From the human T2T-CHM13v2.0 reference genome, Homo sapiens: DNA of 64,000 bases. Below are positions 55,995 to 64,000 of this stretch, piece by piece (position 1 is the stretch's first letter; every line of letters starts with the position of its first letter). The translations under genes and the position numbers were made by a program. Under the pieces are notes generated by a model. It was not told where the DNA came from, searched no databases, and saw only the letters and a list, made by a program, of their open reading frames with translations. Location: the NCBI RefSeq assembly GCF_009914755.1, contig NC_060925.1. The stretch is one strand, 5' to 3'.

Positions 55995-56245
55995 CATTGT
56001 CCAAACCCACAACACATACAACATCAAGAGTGAACCCTAACGTAAACTGTAGACTTTGAGTGATTATGATGTGCCACTGTGAGTTCATCAGCTGTAACAA
56101 GTGTACCAGTTTAGTGGGGGATGTTGATAATGGGGGAAACTATGCATTTGTGGGGGAAAGGGGTATATGCGAAATCTCTATACCTTTTTCTCATTTTGCT
56201 GTAAACCTAAAAGTGTTCTGAGAAAAAAAAAAGTCTTTAAAAACA
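55995..56245 (+). mobile_element. L1MC1-like 3' end
   Basis: aagagtgaaccctaacgtaaact...gggggatgttgataatggggg...ttttgctgtaaacctaaaa. Confidence 0.85.
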
Positions 56246-57099
56246 AAACACAATACTCCAAATGATCCAAAAATTAAGAAGACCAGGTAAGGAGGGAGCC
56301 TAGTGAAGTTCAATAAGCCACAAGTCATTGTTGTGGCCATTTAAATCTGTGGTTCAAGTAATGATCCCGGAATATAATGTCAAAGAGTAACAGCCTAATG
56401 TAACAAAATTATCCTATAAGGTGGGTAGCAATCCTGTCCACTAGGCCTATGCTTATAAAGGGGTATGTGCAGGGTCTTATATCCATTGGAGCACACACAT
56501 AGATGTGTGCACAGATCCACTGAGCTGTAATATTTGATATTTTAGAATCAGGTGATCACAATTCCAAAATATTGTGGCCAAAACTGTTGTCTAGGATACA
56601 GAATTTTTTAACACAAGTCTCTGGGATAAATAATCTCTGAGAATTCCCTGGTGGCATCTATTTTCTATGGCCTTAAATTCTGTATGTGTCTGTTTGCATG
56701 GTGAGGAAGGTTAACTAGGTGGCTCGTGATTAAGGATCAACCTTAGCTTATCGCCACTCTGCCTAATGGGTAGGCAGGATGGACTGGGGAAATTTTCCAA
56801 GCCTCACCTGAGGTTGGGGAAGAGACACCAGTGCCCTGAATTGGGTGTTTGTGGTTGCCTAGATTCAGTGAATGTTCGTAGACCTCTCAGTCTCACTTTC
56901 TTACTCACAGCAGTGAGTAAACATCTGGTTCTCCCAGGGACTCCATGGTTTTGTCAGGCCAGAGCCTGAAGGAATGCCACATTGTGAGGGTCAAGTGCTG
57001 AGAACCTAGGGACTGGAAAAAGACCCAGATTGGTGAAACTTATGAGAAACATTATTAAGAGGCAATCAATCTTCTTCTGGTGACATTCTGGCAGGAGTA

Positions 57100-57262
57100 C
57101 AGGGCTGCTGAGTATGATCACCGGAGGGGTTAGCGCTGGGACAGCCAATGTGGGCAGTCCGCCTCCCCTTGCAACTGAAGGGTGAGCTGTCGGGAGAAGG
57201 AACTTTGGGTGACCTCAAGGAGCGACGCATGCGGCCTGCCCTAGGACACCCGTGAGAACGTT
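57100..57262. promoter_or_regulatory. Putative promoter (small CpG-retaining, GC-rich segment)
   Basis: Non-repeat, locally GC/CpG-rich; CCAAT 57145-57149, GC-box-like ccgcctcccc 57159-57168, RFX-half/MYB-like ttgcaactg about 57169-57177, NRF1-like cgcatgcg 57226-57233; donor-like aagg|gtgagc after 57181 and ccc|gtgaga after 57251. Motif inference only. Confidence 0.5.
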
Positions 57263-58106
57263 CTCTGTTATGTTTATAAACTTTACAAAGTTATGCTCAC
57301 AGTTATATAACCCCTATGTGGTGCCATAGTTAATGAAGTGCTGGAAGTTAGAAAAATAATGATGATGTTGTTTTGCCCGTGCTAGGCTTTACCATATACA
57401 GGTTAAAGTCAGTGCTAATTTGCTGATGTGACACAGGATGCAATCTCTCTGGCACTAGCCACAGGTCAAGTCAATCTTCTAGTTCAGGAAACTTGGAGAA
57501 ATCAAATTAATATACAACCACATTAAATTCATTTCAAAGAAGGAATGCTAATGAGTGACTGAGATTTGTGGCCTCATCCAAAAGCAGAGCAAGATCATCT
57601 CATAAAAATAGTGATCATAATAATAATTTGTTGACTCCATAGTTTATCCTTGTTTTTATTTTTTATGCATCAATCTGTGATACAAAATACCATTTTGAAA
57701 AATGCCACCACTCCATCTCTCCCTCCCCTGGCTGCTACATAACTTCCCAGTTTAGAGAGGATGCATCAGCCTCTTGGGTAGCTTTCGAATTCTTAACTTT
57801 TTAATAAAATAATAAGTAAAAATCTACAGAATAAAATGTGAGTGCTTTTCCTCTTTATATCCATCTCCTACCATACCACCACACATGCACACAATACCTA
57901 AGTATTGCCTTGCAGATGGCAGGCACTCAATAAATGTTGGTTGAGTAAATGCAACAAATCAGCACAACCATTTGTGGATAAAAGATCACTCTTTAATCTG
58001 AAGTAGAACCTGGAGGTGCAAGTCAATATTTAATTAAAGGACTAATAGTTGTGTTAAACCTAGTGAATTGTTATATCTACAAATGTCATAATGTTTCTCT
58101 CTTAAG

Positions 58107-58145
58107 AGATCACCGAGGGACTTTGAGGTCCAAAGAAGTACGCAG
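58107..58145 (+). other. Candidate 39-nt internal exon
   Basis: Acceptor tgtttctctcttaag| and donor cag|gtcagt around a GC-richer, CpG-containing core in AT-rich DNA; one frame reads DHRGTLRSKEVR. Confidence 0.4.
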
Positions 58146-60773
58146 GTCAGTAAAGTATTTGGAGAACCATAAAAATCTTAGTGTCGGTTGGATGAATAAA
58201 ACATTGTATAAAGTAATAAATGCCTGTAGCCATTTCCTTACATTAAAATATTCCATTTTATAAACACATTGGGAGGAAAACAATATAATGTGATATTCAA
58301 ATATATTAAAGATAACAATATGCTCTTTTTTTAGTTTTCTCAGAGGACAAAGTATTTACTAAAATCATTTTAGGGGTTAGTTTAAATATTGAAATTACAA
58401 CATTTAAAATATTTACAGTATTTATTAACATTTTTAAGAGGCAGTATTTAAGAATTTTGATTTTTTTCGTCAGGCTTCTATGTAGATAGTTCAACTCTAG
58501 ACAAATTCCTCAAAACAGAAAAAGTGAAATAAACCTTTTTTTTTTTTAAATGAGACATACAAGACTGGTTACAAGATGAATAAAACTCATAAAAAGGAAA
58601 TAAAACAACCAAATATCAAATTGAACAAGATAAGAATTATGATGTTATTTCACCTTTTATCATCTCAGATATGAAAATTTTAAAATCCTCCAATTTTCCT
58701 TTGAAAGAAAAATAAGCATATAAAATGTCAACAAGGCTTCTCTTAAATTTTTAACATACTCATAAAAAAGTAAACTGCAAAAAAACTTGAGAAACATTTT
58801 GCATATGATTACCATAAAGTTGTTTCACTTCCGGAAAACTCAGAATAGTACTGCACATGTTCTGTACAGCATAGCATAGGGGAGAGTGCCAAGGAAGAGA
58901 ACTGCACATTTCAGAGTTCTATCAAAAATAATGTTTTGTATCATTATAATTGAGTATCTCCTTAGAGTTTCAAGCCATAAGTTTTGTGGAACCTACCACT
59001 ACACCCTGAAAGAGAATTGTGGCATTTTCCATAACATTTCATGTCCAATTTCCTCCAATGGTATGTGTCTTGCTAACTTCTCTGGTGTTTTGGGAAAGTG
59101 GGTGGCCCATTAGTTTTCCATATGTGGGTGGAGCAGTGCTCACACCAGAATAAACAGCATGACTTTATCCTGGTACAAACGCAGAGTTGATTAATTGGGA
59201 GGGAACAGAATCCAGGTTCAAATCAAATGTAGGAGGCTAGAGGCTTATCTATCTTTTTCTATCAACCTGCAATAGCCACTATTTTATTTAGCCCACTCCT
59301 CAAAACCTCTTCAAGAAAATCTATTTCTACTTTTCTGAGTAAAATGGTGCGTGAACAGAGGCAAGACTCAAGTCTAAAAGCAAAACCAGATAAAAGCCTT
59401 TTTACCCCAGGAAACACTAAACCAACACCCTTTCCTCTCTTCAGTCCCACAAAATATCCTCATTGCTCAGATTTAAACATGTCTTTCTTACAAATATTTT
59501 GGCTGTTTTCTGCGACTTACATGTGAATGACTCAAATGGCAACCATGTATTCTGTAAATCTCATGTAATTCTCCACAGCTTTAATAAATGTTAGATATGA
59601 TTAATTCACCAATTGGGAAATTCTTGTGGTTAGGAATAATTATTACAGTTATTTCATCTGTGAGCAATTATTTTACTTCTGAAAGTCCAACACAGGGTTA
59701 TTTTCTTGTGCAGGAACCCAGGATTTTGCCGTAGAAGGATGACTCCTGTTTTCCTGCCACCCATTCAGGCTGTGCTGATACCCTGTTATCCACCATAAAT
59801 GACTTCAGACACATCACAGTCTCTTAGAGGATGAGGAGGGCTCTATTCTGAGTGCTGCATGGAGCTAGCGAGAATAATTAAACGATTTACTCTCAGCTGT
59901 GGAAAACACCCAATTAGAAAAAGATAAGAAAATGTTAAGAAACAGTATCTTTTAGTGAAAATTAGAGGTAAAGGAAAATGTCAAAGAATATTCTTCACCA
60001 AAACAGTCAAGAGACAGAAGTGGCTGTATGTAACTATGACCAGCCCTGCTCTCTGGCTAATGATGACCTCCTGTATTCAGTGTATAAACAATGTTCACAG
60101 ATACAGTACATTAGCTATACTGTACCTCCAGCCAATTACTTACTCAGAATACAATGTCTTTCACATGTGAACTTGTGGGTCATAAATCATTTGTTTCCCT
60201 TTAATTGAGCTCATCTTTGAACAAATCATGGCAAGAAGAATAGCTGTGTTTCTCACCTCGGAAGTATGACTCTCCATCTTGTTCTCTCATCCTGATCAGA
60301 ATGCTATTAAAATAATTTGGTTTTAGTAGGAAAGCAACTTTAAAAATTATGTAGACCAGAAAAACATTAGTATTCCTCCTGCTTTCCCCCATGCACACAG
60401 AAGATGAAAATGACAGTTAAAAGGTGAATGAAAAGTGTATCCTGTACTATTTTAAAATCTGGTTCCCATTTGATAATTGGCATCATCTTTTCATTTATAT
60501 TTGTCATTTTATGAAAACAATCTTTAGGAGTCTTCTAGTCAACAAAGCAATCCTTGAAAAGGCCCTGGACAGTGTGTTCACAGTGGCACTCAGACTTAGG
60601 ATCCTCTTTGAACCTTCAGAAATATTCAAGGTTCATGATGTTGCACCATCATCCTGAAATAAGAGGCAAATTAGGGTATTCTAGGAACAAGATCTCCAAA
60701 AATAAAGACAAGGTGTACTTGAAGGAGAAATGTTCGGGAACTGACGTTTCCTTCTAACTCTACAATCTTGTAG

Positions 60774-60912
60774 TGAGTTGGACCTTACCGCAAATAGAAA
60801 AAGAGAGCTACCACCTGAGATGAAGATAGATACAGGGAACCTCAAGAGTGAGCTACATACAGAAGACTTAAATGAATGCAGTTCAACTGCAAACATCTGC
60901 AATAGTTGGAGG
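60774..60912 (+). CDS. Candidate 139-nt exon, open frame ELDLTANRKRELPPEMKIDTGNLKSELHTEDLNECSSTANICNSWR; product unknown
   Basis: Branch-like ctgac/ctaac plus tttccttctaactctacaatcttgtag| acceptor, agg|gtatga donor, stop-free purine-rich frame between them; in-frame ATG at 60820. Not recognised as a known protein. Confidence 0.4.
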
Positions 60913-61865
60913 GTATGATTTTTCTTCTTGGGGGAAATATGCTTTTTTTAAATCTCAATGCAGAAGTATGAATCATCACACAATTTTTTTGAAGTGCATA
61001 TAGAACCTAACATTTTTTTCATAAATTAAACATGTTAAAGAGATAAACTTTAATATTGCAAATCACTGTATATCTTGAAAAGCACCCATTTTTCTTGTGG
61101 ACATCTTGAAGTCACAACTGCTTTTACAGTTTTTTGTTTGATAATCTTTGAGAACTGAACTTTACTTTATGAAAAGTATTTTTGTATGAATATTACTAAT
61201 TATTTGATTAGATAGCCTCTGTGTTTAAATCGCATAATTAAAAATTTTGAACAAAATAACTCTATTTTGCCTTCTCAACATCTGCACATACATACATGCA
61301 TATATGCATACATAAATACATTGTATAACACATTAAACAAATAAATTATTCTAGAATATTATAATTATTTGAGGGCCATTTAATGCACCCTAAAAGAAAA
61401 AGATCTCTCCCTCTTTTATATATTATAAATATATTTACAATATTAATTGTTTGAGTTCTCATGACTTTGAGCCCACAGTCTGCCATTAGTGTTATTCGTG
61501 TAGATGACTGGTTGCCACAGAAAACCATAAGCTCTCAGAAGTCCTCTTTATTAAAATCTCCACAGTTTTTAGACTTCAACCACAGAACAGCAATTAATAA
61601 TGTGTGATAAATGAATAAATTAACGTAGATAACTTTTTTCTCCCAAGGGCTATCAGATTAATCTCAGACTTTCCTTAATGGCATTTAGTTTCTATATATC
61701 AAACTGAAGTTTTAAAAATGAATAGTAGATAAAAAAGCTGTAGCCAAAATGGAGAAGTCTGGTATAACTAAAAGCACCATTCCAAATATGAGGCAATTTT
61801 AAGCTATATCAAGACTGACTGCTAATTTATTTTTTAGTTATGTTTCTATCAAAAAATGGAATCTG

Positions 61866-62168
61866 GGCCGGGCATGGTGGCTCACGCCTGTAATCCCAGC
61901 ACTTTGGGAGGCTGAGGCGGGTGGATGATAAGGTCAGGAGATCGAGACCATCCTGGCTAATGCGGTGAAACCCCGTCTCTACTAAAAATACAAAAAAATT
62001 AGCTGGGCATGGTGGCAGGTACCTGTAGTCCCAGCTACTCAGGAGGCTGAGGCAGGAGAATGGCATGAACCTGGGAGGCGAAGCTTGCAGTGAGCAGAGA
62101 TCGCGCCACTGGACTCCAGCCTGGGCAATAGAGTGAGACTCCGTCTCAATAAAAAAATAAAAATAAAA
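61866..62168 (+). mobile_element. AluY-like
   Basis: gagatcgagaccatcctggcta, gaatggcatgaacc, agcttgcag. Confidence 0.93.
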
Positions 62169-62179
62169 AGTAACCTGAA

Positions 62180-62458
62180 GGCTAGGCTTGGTGGCTCATG
62201 CCTATAATCCCAGTACTTTGGGAGGCTGAGACAACAGGATCTCTCAAGGCCAGGAATTTAAAACCAGCCTGGGCAACATGGCAAGATGTTTTCTCTACAA
62301 AAAATATGGAAATTAGCCAGGTGTGGTGTTATGTGTCTATGGTACCAGCAACTCAGAAGGCTGAAGTGGGAGAATCACTTGATCCCCAGAGGTCAAGGCT
62401 GCAATGAGCTGTGATTGCCACTGTACTCCAGTCTGGCCGACAAAGCAAGACCTTCTCT

Positions 62459-62496
<38 letters not shown>
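62180..62496 (+). mobile_element. AluJ (diverged) with long A tail
   Basis: aggtcaaggctgcaatgagctgtgatt J features; TSD approximately aaag(t)aacctgaa. Confidence 0.88.
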
Positions 62497-62499
<3 letters not shown>

Positions 62500-62500
<1 letters not shown>

Positions 62501-62835
62501 CTGAATGTTCCCAAGTGAGAGAATTGTTAAATGAACTAAGATGTGCTCATATAATTAAATATATCATACCAATTAAAATCTTTCTTCTGAGGAATTTTTA
62601 ATGACTTGGGGAAAAGTTTATGTTATGTCTTGTGGGGGAAAAAGCAGAATGTGAAATTGAATATATAGCTCTATTGCAATTTTGTAATAAAGGAGGAGGA
62701 GAAAAAGAAGGAGAAGGGGGGAAAACACATATAATTGCAATCTCTATGTGGGAACATTTGGGGGTGAGTTTTATTCTTTATATATTTCTGCAGTTCCTAA
62801 AATGTCTGTAATAAGCATATAATAGTTTTATAATT
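62500..62835 (+). mobile_element. Old L1ME 3' end
   Basis: gagaattgttaaatgaacta...ttttattctttatatatttctgcagttcctaaaatgtctgtaataagcatata. Confidence 0.55.
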
Positions 62836-63209
62836 GAAGAGTTACAAAACTATGAGTAAGAGGGTGGATCTGAATGAAAAAGAAAGCAAAAGAAGAAAAA
62901 TCTACTTTTCAGTAGGGGAACTCCAAAGGAACCAAGACAGCAAATGTAGCAAATGTCAAGACCATAGCAATAAAGATGCTCCAAATGCATTGAAAAACTG
63001 AAAAACTTTTTAGCTTTTTCTCTCCCAGTTACTACCAAACATCCTCTAGTTCAAGAGGCACATTTTAGCATTCACAGGAAAACATTCTGAAATTGAACGG
63101 CCTACATTTCCTTTTCTTGTTTTCATCCAAAATCTATTAGTAAACTTTACAATAGCTTCTTGTAAGAGTTGATATTTTATAAATCTGAATTGTCAAATAT
63201 AATTCTCAA

Positions 63210-63318
63210 TTCTCTCTTTGCTCCTCTTCCTTCCTTTCTTCCTCCCTCCCCTCCCTCTCCCCTTTCCTCCCTTCTTTCCTTCCTTCCTTCTTTCTTTCTT
63301 TCCTTCCTTTGTTCTTTG
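63210..63318. repeat. CT-rich low-complexity tract
   Basis: Read directly from the sequence. Confidence 0.85.
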
Positions 63319-63319
63319 A

Positions 63320-64000
63320 AACATGATTAAATGCCTACTGTGCACCAGTTACCATGCATGGGTCAAGTGGTATAGTGTGAATGTGACAAGTCCTATTTCT
63401 CAAAGAGCTAACAGTCCGGTGAGGAGCAGATGGTGTTAGGAAGAAAGGATGTTTTAATAAAGTGTGAGAACACTGCTATAGGGTAGATGACACAGGAAGC
63501 TGTAGAGGCATGTAGGAAGGCATCAAACCCAGAGAAGGCTTCCCAGAATGACCCTGCAGCAGAGACCTGAAAGATGAATGGGAATTTGTGAGGTGAGAGG
63601 CAGCAAAGTGGAGAGTGTCCCAACAAGAGTAAAATATATATTCAGAGGCCTAGTGTGGGAGTAGACGGATGCATAGGAAGGTGGAGAGAGGGAAAGAGAC
63701 AGAAACAGAGGGAAAGAAAGAGACAGCAGAGAGACAGGGAAAAAACAAAGAAAGCCAGAGAAGAGAGTGAGAAAGTTGGGAGAGGCACAAAGAGAGATGG
63801 ACAGGGTGACAGAGAGAGACACAGAGAAGCAGCCCGCAAGAGCAAGTCTGGGTGAACAGAAAGCAGTTCAGCCTAACCTGGGTACAGATTTTAAGCTGAA
63901 GAATGTCAAGGGCTGGGGCTGGCAAGGGAAGCAAAGACCAGAGTATGTCAATGGCTTTAGGCCTTGTGTGCTGTGTTAAGGATTTTGAGCTGAATCCTGC
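63320..64000 (-). mobile_element. L2 fragment with an internal GA-rich tract (about 63680-63830)
   Basis: attaaatgcctactgtgcaccag...agagaaggcttcccaga...gagacctgaaagatgaatggg...aagggattttgagc. Confidence 0.75.

Noticed and set aside
57359-57426. C/D-box snoRNA-like spacing (atgatga ... ctga, 68 nt)
   Set aside because: No terminal stem and no rRNA/snRNA-complementary guide that I can recognise; snoscan or an Rfam search would settle it.

Overview
Primate (very probably human) genomic DNA, about 38-40% GC by eye, mostly intergenic or intronic. It is dominated by interspersed repeats: about 19 Alu elements or monomers (J, S and Y ages, many with visible target-site duplications, TSDs), old L1M fragments, one short young L1PA 3' end, many MIR and L2 relics, solo LTRs (THE1D, LTR1, two MLT2, LTR33 and others) and DNA transposons (Tigger2a, MER1A, MER20, MER91). 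I recognise no protein-coding gene, and almost all ORFs in the track derive from repeats or are chance. The best non-repeat signals are: (i) a small CpG-retaining promoter-like segment at about 57.1-57.3 kb followed by frame-compatible candidate + strand exons (58107-58145, 60774-60912), possibly the 5' end of a gene running off the right edge; (ii) several repeat-free, motif-dense blocks that look like conserved enhancers; (iii) a perfect 28-bp-stem hairpin inside an MLT2 LTR; (iv) a dense TGACA/TGTCA cluster at about 38.55 kb. Repeat family names come from remembered consensus sequences, not a RepeatMasker run, so subfamilies and old-element boundaries are approximate. I found no clear-cut novel biological system; the findings are candidates to test.
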